DNA of 64,000 bases from the NCBI GenBank assembly GCA_965644495.1, contig CBFFSA010000001.1, forward strand, positions 1,302,001-1,366,000. Direction: 5' to 3'. Made by a program: the position numbers and the translations under genes. Shown one piece after another: positions 10,797 to 22,699 of the stretch (positions within the stretch are counted from its first letter, which is position 1; the number at the start of each line of letters is the position of its first letter). The notes below the pieces were generated by a model. It searched no databases, was not told where the DNA came from, and saw nothing but the letters and a program-made list of their open reading frames with translations. The stretch comes from Perkinsela sp. CCAP 1560/9 (Eukaryota > Protista > Euglenozoa: Kinetoplastea).

Positions 10797-12986
10797 ATGG
10801 TTTTCCTATGTACATGTATGTCTAAAATTTTACCTCCAATTTTCTCTGGTGATGAGCGGGGTTTACCTAAGAGCGCCCAGGAATGGATTACGGAGCAATT
10901 GGACTACTACTACATAAATTTTACCAAGCGAATTGAAATACCTATTGTGGTGTGTACATTTAATGTCAATGAGCGCCGGACGACTGAGGATCTTAGCTCG
11001 TGGCTTCGAATTGAATCGAACCCTGCGCTCCTTGTTGTTGGTTTGCAAGAAATTGATATGAGTCCTCAAGCATTGGTGCGCAATGAAACGGACGCATCCT
11101 TGTATTGGACCAACTTGCTTACCTCCTACACCAGATCAGCTGCTTTTAAAAAGCAAGCTGAATACGAGTTGCTAACATCCAAACAAATGGTTGGACTTTA
11201 TCTGGCTGTATTTGCACACAACTCTTTAAAGAATTCCGTGAAAGATGTACAAGTCACAACGCTTGCTACCGGTTCAATGATGGGCACTTTAGGAAACAAA
11301 GGTGCCATCGGCATTCGACTCGTTATTCATCGCACTTCGATACTTTTCGTAAACTTGCACTTAGCCGCACATGTAAGCGAGGTGAACAAAAGGAACCGCG
11401 ACTTCGAGTCTATTTTGCAGAGCCTCGTTGTAGAGAGCAGTAATTCTGGATGTCCTGTTCTACCGAAGGATCATGACATTCTTCTTGTTTTCGGAGATTT
11501 GAATTATCGTGTCCAAGGATATACTCAGGAGCAAGCTTCTCTACTTGTTAAGCAAAAACGTTGGGATCTTTTGATGGAAAAAGACCAACTGCATGAGCAG
11601 CTAGCTTCTCGTTGCTCTTGCTGGACTAATTTTTCAGAAGCTACACCAAATTTTCCTCCTACGTACCGTTATGATCCAGGCTCTTCTACTTTTGATTCAT
11701 CCGAAAAGAAAAGAGTTCCGGCCTATACAGATCGTATTTTGTGGTGGGTGCGTAACACCGCTGTTCGAAATTCGTCTTTAGGGTGCATGGTTCAATTGCG
11801 TCAAGTAAATACTTTCAGTGACATCAAATGCAGTGATCACAAGCCTTTGTCAGCAGTTTTTTCCCTTTCAGTTCTAAAGGAAGTGCCCCGCAAACGGAGC
11901 ATAGTGATTCAGTCTCTTAGAAAGCAAATTGATTCTCAGGGCTATGATAACGTAATTGTTCCTGGTCTGCAACTAAACACACATACAGTTCTGTTCGAAA
12001 AGTTGTTCTACGGTGCAAAAAAGAAAATGATAGTTCTTGCAAGGAACTTGGGGCATTCAGTTATCAAAGTTAACGCTTATCGCTTTGAGTATCCGGCATC
12101 TTCCACGGAAATACCGCCCTTTAATGCCCATACACCTTTGATTCAATCCGAATGGCTTTCTGTTACTCCATTGGAAAGAATTATATTTCCTTCTGAAGAG
12201 GTTTCATTTACTTTTGAAGCCATAATAGATACAGAAAGCCTGCAATTTCAAAAGCACTATCCACCCTTTTGTGGCGTTGAGCGCTTTTTAATAAGCAAAT
12301 GCATCGTCTTGCAACCCTCTTATGGGCCTCCGAAACATATTCTGGCTTCTGCTTATTTGTATCCCTCTTGTTTCGGCAACACTTTAGATAACATTCACTC
12401 CTTAGGACTTACTTCATGTATCGAGGGATTTAGGAATCTGAGAAAGACCGAATTTTCACATGAATTTTACTCCGTAAAGGAACTCTGGCACTTAATTAAT
12501 TGCCTTTATACTACAAATGTTCGTTTCGCTGATTTTGAAACAATTGATCATATCGACACATTGAATCCTTTCTTTTACGACCTGGATTGTGGAAACTTTG
12601 CCGCTCTAGCAACTTGTGACGCAAAAACAATTGCTTCCATTTTTGTCCATTTTTTAAGTTCACTACAAGATCCAATTGTACCGCTTTTTTATCAGCACCT
12701 TTTTTCAGAAAGTCATCCAACTGAATATGTTCGTGTCCTTTCCCTGCTCCCAAAGGTAAATTACCATAGTTTTCTGCATGTCGTGTCATATCTGAAGTAT
12801 TTGTTGGGTAATGATAAGGACACGGACAGATCCATAGTGGAAGCTGTGGTTGCTTCTTTCTCTAAAATTATGTTCAAAGGTTTCACTGATTTGCGACTGG
12901 ACTCGTCGAATAACTCGAAAACGTCCACTTTTCCGTCATTTTTCTTTATGTTGCTTTCCACAGACATCACATTGGCAACGCATTAG
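10797..12986 (+). CDS. OCRL: OCRL/INPP5B-like inositol polyphosphate 5-phosphatase with ASH and RhoGAP-like C-terminus
   Basis: TFNVN, VGLQEI, GNKGA, HLAAH, FGDLNYR, PTYRY, PAYTDRIL, SDHKP; PSCFG and FLSSLQDPIVP in the C-terminal part. Confidence 0.9.
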   Translation: MVFLCTCMSKILPPIFSGDERGLPKSAQEWITEQLDYYYINFTKRIEIPIVVCTFNVNERRTTEDLSSWLRIESNPALLVVGLQEIDMSPQALVRNETDASLYWTNLLTSYTRSAAFKKQAEYELLTSKQMVGLYLAVFAHNSLKNSVKDVQVTTLATGSMMGTLGNKGAIGIRLVIHRTSILFVNLHLAAHVSEVNKRNRDFESILQSLVVESSNSGCPVLPKDHDILLVFGDLNYRVQGYTQEQASLLVKQKRWDLLMEKDQLHEQLASRCSCWTNFSEATPNFPPTYRYDPGSSTFDSSEKKRVPAYTDRILWWVRNTAVRNSSLGCMVQLRQVNTFSDIKCSDHKPLSAVFSLSVLKEVPRKRSIVIQSLRKQIDSQGYDNVIVPGLQLNTHTVLFEKLFYGAKKKMIVLARNLGHSVIKVNAYRFEYPASSTEIPPFNAHTPLIQSEWLSVTPLERIIFPSEEVSFTFEAIIDTESLQFQKHYPPFCGVERFLISKCIVLQPSYGPPKHILASAYLYPSCFGNTLDNIHSLGLTSCIEGFRNLRKTEFSHEFYSVKELWHLINCLYTTNVRFADFETIDHIDTLNPFFYDLDCGNFAALATCDAKTIASIFVHFLSSLQDPIVPLFYQHLFSESHPTEYVRVLSLLPKVNYHSFLHVVSYLKYLLGNDKDTDRSIVEAVVASFSKIMFKGFTDLRLDSSNNSKTSTFPSFFFMLLSTDITLATH

Positions 12987-13103
12987 CGATCATTCAATAA
13001 GAACTTTTTGTCAGCTATAATTAATTCTTTTCCAGTCTCAGCAACGGTACCCCTTTTCACTGAAGGCAAACGAGGCAACTCTAGGATAGGGGGAGTAATA
13101 TTA

Positions 13104-13683
13104 AAGGGGGGCTCGTTTATTGTTACCATTCGATTATTGTTAACAATCAATAAATTCATTTATTGTTAACATTCGATTATTGTTAACAATGAATTAATTT
13201 CGGTTTTTTCGTGTGGCTTTTGAATTTTTTTGTTCCCTATGGTCATGTTTTATAGCGTTCATGATAAGAAAAATGATGCGCTTAACGATATTCGAAACTA
13301 TGTTATTGAAACAACTTTCAGTCGCCCGACGATGGCAGCCTCCAGAGATAAAACGTTGAGAAGGCAAGTAAACGGTACCTCACCCGACATCGCACTTCGA
13401 TTCGCATAACTCAGTTTTGTATGAAACTGTATGGCAATTGAAAACTGCGCAGTTCCCTAAAGAGGTGTCATTGGAGAGTCGTTAGTAGCTCTGGCGATTG
13501 CCAGTGACCTTCAGTGACCTCCAGAGAGTGCCCAAATACTCCTCATTGTTAACAATATTCGAACTTTCATTGCAACTCGTATAATGTTAACATTGGGGGG
13601 TAAAAGTTCGATTATTGTTAACATTCGATTATTGTTAGCAAAAAATGCTCGAAAAAAATGTTAACAATAAACGAGCCCCCCCT
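13104..13683. mobile_element. PIF/Harbinger-type (Tourist-like) MITE
   Basis: TIR GGGGGGCTCGTTTATTGTTA, TTA target duplication, subterminal TTATTGTTAACA repeats. Confidence 0.75.
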
Positions 13684-14557
13684 TTAGGTATAAAGAGGAA
13701 GTGCAGAAGCTGTATGGAACTTTTTTGGTCATTCTCATTTTTGGTATTCAAATGGAGTTGCACGTTGACGTGGTCATTCAGAGACGCATTCTCATTTTTT
13801 GGCTACAGACGGGTTATATTGCACCCATTCCTAAAAAAAACATAAAAAAACCTGATCATACATTTTTCAGACGTAACTTCATTTTTTAACACAAAACTTT
13901 GTTTTATACCATATTTTCGAGTACAAACTTCCTTAGGACTTCACTTCTGTCACAAATAATTATGAAAATCATAAAAATTGACCACGTCTTCACCATAAAT
14001 CCTACCGTCAAAACACTTATTAAGGTAATTAAAATTAAGGTACCAGAAAGTAAGGTAATAATTATGTGTCACTCATTTTTCCGAAAATCTGCTGTAATAA
14101 TTAATTTCTATTCTAGTCGCTTCGTGAAAGGCGGTGGTTATTTTCAACTTAGAATCTATCAGCGTGCATTCAAAAATCGTACAAGGTAGGCATGTTTAAA
14201 ACGCGAGCTAACCAGAGTAATGTGAATGCTACTACCAACTTACACGTATTTGGGCTAAACCAGGCTGAACATTGCTTACTTAAATACACAGGTGCGCGAG
14301 TTTAAAGGTGTGTTATCTAATGTTCTAATTCCGAATGATGATTCTACGCATGGACTATATTCTGTATGGACTAATATTCTAACTCATCTGGTCAAAGGTG
14401 TTGTAGGTACTTTCAACTAAATTTTATTCAAGTTTCGAAGGATATCGACATCGGAAATATGAGCTCCAAATAATAATTAAGGTACCAGAAATTAAGGTAA
14501 TAATTATGTGCCAAAAAAAAGTTACCTTAATTTATGTTATTCTTAATTAATATTTTA

Positions 14558-15287
14558 AAAATTAGTAAATTCTTAATTAGTAAAACATTTTGCAAAATTC
14601 AGGTTTTACACCTTACATTTTTTTGTTTTTTTCGGAATTCTATCTTTTTTTACGAAACGTTTTCAGATTACTATTATTCAGATTATGTCGCACGAAAGCG
14701 AGCAAGATTTCTGTGAGCAAGATTTTTATTAATATTATTTTTTGGGGGTGTTTTTTACTCTGTGCTACAGACACATGTTACTTTCCCCGCTCCTGATTTT
14801 TTTCTGAATCTCCGACTTTCTTGTTCGTTATACTCCTATTTTTAAAAGACTTTCTCCGCTCCGCGAACGCGAAACATCGCTCTCTTGTATTTAAGAGATT
14901 TTTTTCATATTTAAGAAAATACTCATGTAGGGACATTGTATGGGAGGGGGTAAAAGTCAATCCCTTTTGGGGGAATATTCTTTGTAAGGATTTTCTTTGT
15001 AATACGCTTCACTGAAGCCTGACACACTCAGCATGGGGAAGCATGGTCGGGACCTCCTCGCGGTCTTCCCTAGCATTACCATTTTGCAGATGGTACTAAC
15101 GCCGACCTTAGAGGAGGCAGCCTACTCAAGCGACAGAAATACCGTTTCTGTAAAAATTGATTTTATCAAGTTGGCAAATTTTTTGGGGCAGTGCAAAAAT
15201 TAGTAAAACAAAAATTAGTGAATTTTTAATTAGTAAAACTTTTTTACTATTTTACAATAAATGTTTTGCTAATTTTTTCGAGCACTG
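14558..15287. mobile_element. Second, left-truncated copy of the ribozyme/SL-motif MITE
   Basis: Near-identical to 137-866 at offset 14421; ends CACTG|TA. Confidence 0.85.
15035..15107 (+). ncRNA. HDV-like ribozyme (copy 2)
   Basis: Same sequence as 614-686. Confidence 0.85.
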
Positions 15288-15647
15288 TAATTCACACTTC
15301 TTAACTTAACAACACTCTTTAACTTAACAACACTCCTTAAAACCCCACTCACTTCACACATTCCTTCACAGATTCATGAAACTCTGGATCATGTTCCATG
15401 TTTCTGTGTCTTCTGCCTCCGTTGCTGCTTCTTCCTCCTCTTCCATAAATTGCTCACATTGTTCCTCTTCTGTTTCACTTTCATTGTCCTCTTCTTCTAT
15501 ATTCGGCAGGCATTACCGAAATTTTAGACAGAGAAATAATGATTGCAGACGTTTCTGCCACGTGGTTCTTTTGAACCAAAGTGTATATAAGGCAATGCAT
15601 TTCTCTGCTTCTCTCGGATTCATAGACAACCTTCCTTGCCTTCGGAC

Positions 15648-16409
15648 TCAGCGCTTCACCGACGAGTGAGCTGATTCTGCATGATTCGTGTGCACCCCCT
15701 CCTCTGTGACAAACCGGTATTTTACGCTTCTGGAATGGTTCACAGTTCGATGTCGCACTGTATCGCCCAGGCCTCTATAAGCACGCCATCCATCGGTGTA
15801 CACTACTGTTCTTTTACTCTGCACAGTGTGTTTTTTCACTAAATTTTGCAGTGTTACAGCGTCCCTTTTCGCCACGCGGTACCATATTGTCGAAGTGCAA
15901 CCACCTTGTGAGCATCCAAAAGGATTGACTTCGAGTCCTTCCTTATACTTCCGCTTAAAGAAAAATATTTCGTCCGCTGCACATAGAGAAAACAAGACAG
16001 TCTCATTCTGTACCTTTGAAGACTTCCACACCCAGCGCAACATTTCACGCTTCCACTCTGTTACTGTGTCCCTATTGACGCAAAGTTGCGAAGCAGATGC
16101 TTGTGCATCGACTTTTTGGCAGATCTTAATCCAGAACAAGAATTTTTCTTTGGCTCGTTTATGCTTTGAAGAAAAATACGGTGAAAGACGAGAAAGGCGC
16201 TTCCGACACTTATTGTTGCCCTTCCTTTTCCAGCATATGTTTAGCATAGGGTTTGTTTTTCCTGGGGTTCCACTCGCTCTATGCTCAGAGCAAACTTCTT
16301 CGTGCAAAACCTTGTGCGAAATCAGAAACCTCATAAAATTTGATGGAATATGCCCATCATTGCGCCAAGTAAGGATACAGCTTAGGTCTTTGCAAGCGCA
16401 CTCGGACAT
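15648..16409 (-). pseudogene. Merlin/IS1595-family transposase, degenerate
   Basis: AADEIFF, VYTDGWRAY, HRTVNHS, VHTNHAES motifs. Confidence 0.85.
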
Positions 16410-16775
16410 AGATTTTCAACTGAAATCAAACTAACAAAGTTTCACAAGCAGAAAAAAGGAAAAGAGGTGATAAAAGAAAGGAATTATTTTTTGGGTGCAA
16501 TGGATCCCATGCAGTTTTGGCTCGCAGTGGCTGGCAGCGTTTGACAGCGAACGGCAGTATATGGCGGCGTATGACACGCAAAAATGACGTATAGAAATTA
16601 ACTTTCTTTTTTGGGGTCTTCGTTAAACGCGGTAGTTGAGGGGCTGCGGGTACTTCGAACGAGACCGCGGTTTGTATTTTCGGTGGGAAGAAATACAAAA
16701 ACTGGCAAACGTTTACATTTGTTTATTATTTTTATGTGCAATTTCCGATTCGGTATACGCTTCTAGCTATATTTT

Positions 16776-17100
16776 CATACCCTGGACTTAGCTCCGAGTA
16801 AATTAAGCATCATTAAGCACAACTAAACCACATACCCATTTAACATACCCCCCGGTATGTTATCAAAGTATAGGTATGTTTATCAAGGTATAGGTATGTT
16901 AAGTAGACTGGCAATGAAATAGGAAAGAGAAGAAAATCACTTTCACTGTTAGAACCTGTATCTAAAGATGTACCGCGCGTAGTAGCAAATGCTAAAACGT
17001 ATCAAAATACATCTAAAAACGCATAAAAGAAACATTTTGTTAAGAAGGTACGTGATACTACGGTTGGATTTTTGTACCGTTCCACAAAAATGACTACGAT
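16776..17100. repeat. Repeat family B / CATACCCTGG-type transposon end
   Basis: Related inverted segments at 20543-20790 and 21383-21500. Confidence 0.6.
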
Positions 17101-17139
17101 CGACGTGACGTGCTACAAAAATTTGTATGCGTTTTCTTT

Positions 17140-18129
17140 AGGCTCTTCGCTTTAAACGCGGTGGTTGTTTTCAACTTAGAAGTCACTCATGCTGCGCTCT
17201 TCGCGTTGAAAACTACCACCGCGTTTAACGAAGAGCCTTAAAAAGAAAATTTGGCCTGGAAAATTGACCAAAACGGAAAGATTATAGCCAAAAATAGTCG
17301 AATTTCGGGTAAAAATCGGGTGATTTTTGGGTATTTTTGCTCTGAAAGCACTAAATCCGACATTTCCGCGTGGGAAATCACTAGTAGGCATGAATGAAGC
17401 CTACCGAACGTATTGGGTAGAGAATGCAACTCCAACCATACCATTCTTTCGACACAAAAATGCCCCTTTAGGTCCGAAAAATACTTTTTCACCTTTTTTA
17501 GTCAAAAATGGGTCATTTTGAGTGGCGCACCACGGTTCGAAGAAGGGATACCTTGCGAAAACAACTGCGGAGAAAGCTAGTGTAGGTCCCAAATTATCAA
17601 AATACAATAGTATATTACCTATATTAAATACAATAGTATAGTAAATACAATAGTATATTACCTATTCAATAGTATAGGTCCCAAACTCTCAAAATACAAC
17701 ACCGGAAAAGATTTTGGAAAAATAATTTTTTTGCCATTTTTTTCGCCAAGTTGAAATTTTTTTTAATTTTTTTTTTCCGAAAAAATCCGAAGTTGACGGA
17801 TCCGTCCTGCGGATACGCAGGGGGGTCACCCCCGGGTATGGGGGTGGAAAATGCGCGCCAAGACCCTGGCTACCCCTTCTGCGGATTATTTTCGAAAAAT
17901 AATTTTTTCAAAAAAAAAATCGTGCGGTATGCCCCCCCCTAGACCCCCCCATAGACCCCCCATTTTTTTCAATTTTTTTTTTCAATTTTAGACCACCGGA
18001 GCCCCCTTTTACAATTTTTTCTTCTATTATAAAATATTTATTACTGTGTTTCACTTTATATTTTCACTGTTTTTGTTCACTTTTTTTCAATAATCGAGGG
18101 TAGGGCGGTAGTTATACAACCACCGCAAT
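17140..18129 (-). mobile_element. Family A element, full length (Helitron2/Helentron-like, non-autonomous)
   Basis: Large palindrome at one end, CAACCACCGCAAT at the other; no TSD seen. Confidence 0.75.
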
Positions 18130-18509
18130 AAGAAAAAATATGATGGGGAAAAAGTGGATTAAAAAATAAGGAAACGTGCACGGAAAAAAACTCAGAAAAA
18201 CAGTAAAATTTGTCCATTAAAAAAGCTTCATTCGAACCCTTGACTCCTTACCAATCTTAATCCCGTTCCTTCCGCTTTTTGCTTTTTCCTTTTAGATGCA
18301 CTTACATGCATCGGCATGCGTGTTCAGCACGTTTCTCCTGTTTTTGAATTCTTGTCACTCCGCCACCTCCGCCCCCTTGGACAAGCGGAAACTGGTAGAG
18401 GACGTCGGCCTCGGAACTTCCAAATCTGTCTGTGCAGGGTCCGACTTGCCAGTGACCGTCCGGAGCAATCCGGAATGATTTGTATTTTTTGGTTCTTGGG
18501 CCTGAGACA

Positions 18510-18770
18510 AGTGGCGGAGTGGCAAGAATTCAAAGTTTGAAGCACATGGTGCTCAGACGGCGAGTTCAAACCCGATCATCGCATTATTCCTGGCGGCCTC
18601 ACTCTAAGAGACTGAGATGAGAACCGACTAGGCCCAGTACTCGGAAGACCGTCCCGGACCCTCCCCTCAGGGAACCAGCTCCCTTACCCGGCTTACACCT
18701 CTTGGGTAAGCCGTGTTGACGTACAGTTCGTCGACGCAGCGTGTTGGCAACAGCACGTTGGTGCCGCCTT
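18510..18770 (+). mobile_element. tRNA-headed SINE-like repeat
   Basis: A box TGGCGGAGTGG, B box GAGTTCAAACC, core CCTGGCGGCCTCACT...AGGCCCA...GGAACCAGC...TTGGGTAAGCCGTG shared with 54853-55267; inverse copy at 62246-62450. Confidence 0.65.
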
Positions 18771-19394
18771 GTACTAACGAAAACAGGTAGAGGACTTCGG
18801 CCTCGAAACTTCCAAATCTATCTGTGAAGGGTCTGGCTTGCCAGTGACCATCCGGAGCAATCCGGAATGATTTGGATTTTTTTTTGCCTGAGACAAGTGC
18901 CGAAGACAAACTCTTCGATGTCATCATGGCTTCGACAGTCCGGGTCTTTACAAAGAGGCCCGACGTTTTCTCCGAGCAACGATTGGAGATAAGCAATGCG
19001 GAGCTTAGTAGTAAAGTGGATGAAATCGCGGGGCGCGTTTCATGCACGGTGGACAACTTCCTATATTTTGCGCGCTCTGTGTGTGGCATTGAATTGACCT
19101 CGTGCATCGTGACTCGTGTCCTGTTTCACTTGGTTGACCTCCGGGGCCATCTGCTTCTTAGCGTCCGCTCTCGGAGCGCGTACTCAACCGCCGACCTTGA
19201 AGCGTACCTTCAAGACATGAAGGACTAATTGTTCGAGTAACCAGATGGTTTTGCTTCAGGGAGAAAGGCTCTCAGAGGACGTTTTTGGCTCGCAGTGGCT
19301 GGCAGCGTTTGTCACTGGCTCACAGTGGCGGTCTGCATGGGTTCCTATGACTTAATGATCAATTCAAAAGTACACCACATACCCGTTTAACGTA

Positions 19395-20540
19395 CTGTGC
19401 CCCCCCACTTATTTGTCGTAGTCCCCCCCCCCCCCACGTAATTGTCCTTTTTGACGAGACTGGGCAGGAGGCGCCGCGAAGCGGCGCCGGAATTTTTTTT
19501 TTTGGGGGGGGGGGGGGGGCAATTTTTCCCTACGAACCTCATACATACAGTGTATCAGAACCCGGTGTCAGTAAGTAGTATTGTTTGTATATACTTTCTA
19601 CTTCAAGTTTTTCATATCACAATACGCTATACCTAGCTACGTTTTTTTTTCTTTGAAACTTAGTCCACCTCTTCCACAGAGTGGAAGAGTGACGCGTCTG
19701 TGGAAGTATAAAGAGTTACTCCTGTTGTGCGCGGTTTGCTGGCTTGGTTCCAGGTTCGGTTTATGGCCAATCGGAAAATATCCGATTTTCCAGTGTTCCA
19801 TTGCAAGAGAAGTACGCTAGATAATCTTGAATCCCAATTATGGACATGCGCCTGACTTGTACATTCGAAGAGGAGTTCCATAGCATAATCAACTTCATAC
19901 AGCGGTTTGCGTGCGATTCTGAGTACCCAAAGGCAAGCCAGCGTACTGCCGTACGAACAGTAAAGTCATCATAAGTAGACTTTGGTGTCACCCGCGATGA
20001 GACCGTTTCACTACGAACTCGCCAAAAAAGAATGTCCTTCTTCCATTCGTATTCAACTCCCCAAAATTGGCCTTCAGACTTTCGCAGAATGGTTTTGGTT
20101 CTTTCCAGTACGCCTGTAAAATTTTGGAATCCTCCCTGCGAACAACCATTCCCCACCACCACCACTCCCTTCTTCCTTCACTGCGAACAGTCATTTCCCA
20201 CCACCATCCCGGTCGTCTCGCCCATGCCGCCTTGATGCTTGGGTTACAATATGGCCTCCTGCCCCACGAGTCGGTGCTCTATCAAACCCCATACCTTATA
20301 GCGGTTTGACAAAAGAAACTACTACTACTATAAACTTTACTAGTACGGGAAAGGTAGAAAAACTACTCATTCGATAAAGATACCGTTTCTGTAAAGCCAA
20401 CTTTATCCGAACGCATTGGAGATTCCTAAAATAATGAAAAAAGTTTGGGACTTTTGTTTCATCTAACCAAATAAATTGACCTCCCCCACTTAATTGTCCT
20501 TTTTTTGAAAAAGTGGTGACAAATAAGTGGGGGGGCACAG
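19395..20540. mobile_element. TIR element with TA TSD, cargo ORF remnant and SL-like motif
   Basis: Perfect 23-bp TIR CTGTGCCCCCCCACTTATTTGTC flanked by TA; inserted in a family B copy. Confidence 0.85.
20364..20393 (+). other. Spliced-leader-exon-like motif
   Basis: TACTCATTCGATAAAGATACCGTTTCTGTA. Confidence 0.6.
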
Positions 20541-21219
20541 TACCTATACCTTGGATAACATACCGGGGGGGTATGTTATTATGGCCTGCGACACTTAACA
20601 TACCCCCCCTCGTCCCACGGCTTTTTTGTGCAACGGTTCAAAAATCCAACCGTAATATCACGTACTTTTTAACAAAATGTTTCTTTTATGCGTTTTTAGA
20701 TGTATTTTTATACGTTTTAGCATTTGGTACTACGCGTGGTACATCTTTAGATACAGGTTCTAACAGTGAAAGTATTTTTCTTCTTTTTTATATATCTTCA
20801 CTAGAGTTTGTTTATCATGCGCTCTTTGGCGCAGAGATAATCCCCTTAATGCGACGGCCGATATCATCGGCACATAATCCGCCCACAACGGATGTCGCCA
20901 AAGGGGGTTCGACACGGACTCGGTCGGTAGAGGAGGTCCAGGCAACTCGCCCTCTTTTTACGCGGCCGGAGGGGCGTACTGCAACCGACTCGGTCCCAGT
21001 CGGTAGAGGTGGTCCAGGCAACTCACCACCTCTTTACGCAGCCGGAGGGGCGCTCTGCAACCGACCGCTGCCTCGCGATAATGCGAGGCAGAGTCACGCC
21101 CAGTGGTCCTCAAGGGAGGCCACCATGGCGCATAGCTCCCGGGAAGAGACAGGCGCGAGAAGAAGAAAGCCGGGGAGGGAAGAAAACTCACTCAAGGAGT
21201 GAGCCGGGGAGGGGTGAAA

Positions 21220-21382
21220 AGTCGGAAGTACGTCCCCTACTTCCACGGCAAAGAGGGACAGTCCCTGCTAGCCGTCAGCCGGAAACGGGCATTTAAAAGG
21301 AAAATGTATGCCCGTTTCCGGGAAAAGAAATGAAGGGCTAGCAAAATGTACCAACAAGGTACAGAAACTGTATCTTTATCGT
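21220..21382 (-). ncRNA. SL RNA gene-like sequence, 5'-truncated, possibly a pseudogene
   Basis: ACGATAAAGATACAGTTTCTGTACCTTGTTG|GTACA has the SL core and donor at canonical spacing, a TGTAC/GTACA stem across the donor, then further hairpins and a short T-run. Confidence 0.55.
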
Positions 21383-21989
21383 AACATACCTATACCTTGA
21401 TAACATACCGGGGGGGTATGTTAAATGGGTATGTAGTTTAGTAAATTAAGCATCATTGATTCATGCCGAGTAAATTACTCGGAGCTAAGCCCAGGGTATG
21501 GATATCACGTATAGTTTCTCTGTCTCTGCCAAAATTTTTGGCCAACTCATGAACACTAAGCTCCTTTTTACATTGGCGGACAATTTCAAGGCCCTCTGGG
21601 AGGGTACATCGCACTATTTTATGAGTGATTGGGGGTGTTTTGTTTTTGGGAGAGTTGGCATACTGTCCTTGTGTAGATTTAACGGGAGTATCCCACAAAT
21701 TCATTGAATGAGAAACCATTTATAAAGAAAAAAAGCTCTGAAAAATTGGAAAAAATGGATTTTCTTTGTAATGGATTTTTGGGAACCTTGGATGACGTGA
21801 TGATAGAAGCCTGTACCGTACGATGTGAATTAAGGAGTTCTTGTAATCCGCTGTTTAAGGAATTTGAAATTATTGTCCAGGCTCAGAACCAGAACCAAGA
21901 TATAGCTCATACATTTTCTTGTTTGGTATATTTTATTAAGGGAAGTACGAAGTTAAACGTTTTTGGGGGAAACAAAGTCCCTTTTGACC

Positions 21990-22689
21990 AAAAAGTGAAC
22001 AAAAACAGTGAAAATATAAAGAGGAACACAGTAATATAATAGAAGAAAAAAATATAAAAGGGGCTCCGGTGGTCCAAAATTGAAAAAACAAATTGAAAAA
22101 AATGGGGGGTCTAGGATGGGGGTCCATGGGGGGGGTCATGGTCGAGCAAACTTTTTTGAAAAAATTATTTTTCGAAACAAAAGCGCAGAAGGGGTAGCCG
22201 GGGTCTTGACGCGCATTTTCCACCCCCCTACCCGGGGGTGACCCCCCCGCGTATCCGCGGGAAGGGTCCGCCTAGTTCGGATTTTTTCGGAAGAAAAAGC
22301 TGAAAAAAAACTCAAATTGATGAAAAAAATGGTAAAAAAAAAAAATTTCAACATTTTTTTCCCTATTGTATTTTTATAGTTTGGGACCTATTCTACACCG
22401 TCGTTTTCGCCAGATACCCCTTCTTATGTCAAAGGAATGGTGTGGTTGGAGTCGCATTCTCTACCCAATACGTTCAGTCGGCTTTCATTCACGCCTGCGA
22501 GTGATTTCTCACACGCAAATATCGGATTTAGTGCTCTGAGAGCAAAAATACGCAAAAATCACCCCATTACCCGAAACTCGGCTAATTTTGGCCATAATCT
22601 TTGTAAACGCGGTGGTAGTTTTCAACGCGAAGCGCGCAGCATGAGTGACTTCTAAGTTGAAAACAACCACCGCGTTTAACGAAGAGCCT
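21990..22689 (+). mobile_element. Family A element, 5'-truncated, in tandem with the next copy
   Basis: Ends in the palindrome; the next copy starts 11 nt later. Confidence 0.75.
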
Positions 22690-22699
22690 AAAAAAGAAA

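Noticed and set aside
17140-17240. Flip-flop inversion of the family A palindrome centre (hairpin-telomere-like)
   Set aside because: The loop has the same orientation relative to the element in the copies compared
17176-17942. Short ORFs recurring in family A copies (e.g. MYFDSLGPTL, MKKYFSDLKG)
   Set aside because: Overlapping frames on both strands, broken by indels between copies; non-coding repeat
16776-21500. One 4.7-kb element bounded by CATACCCTGG inverted ends
   Set aside because: Flanks TATTTT and GATATC give no TSD; probably ends of separate copies
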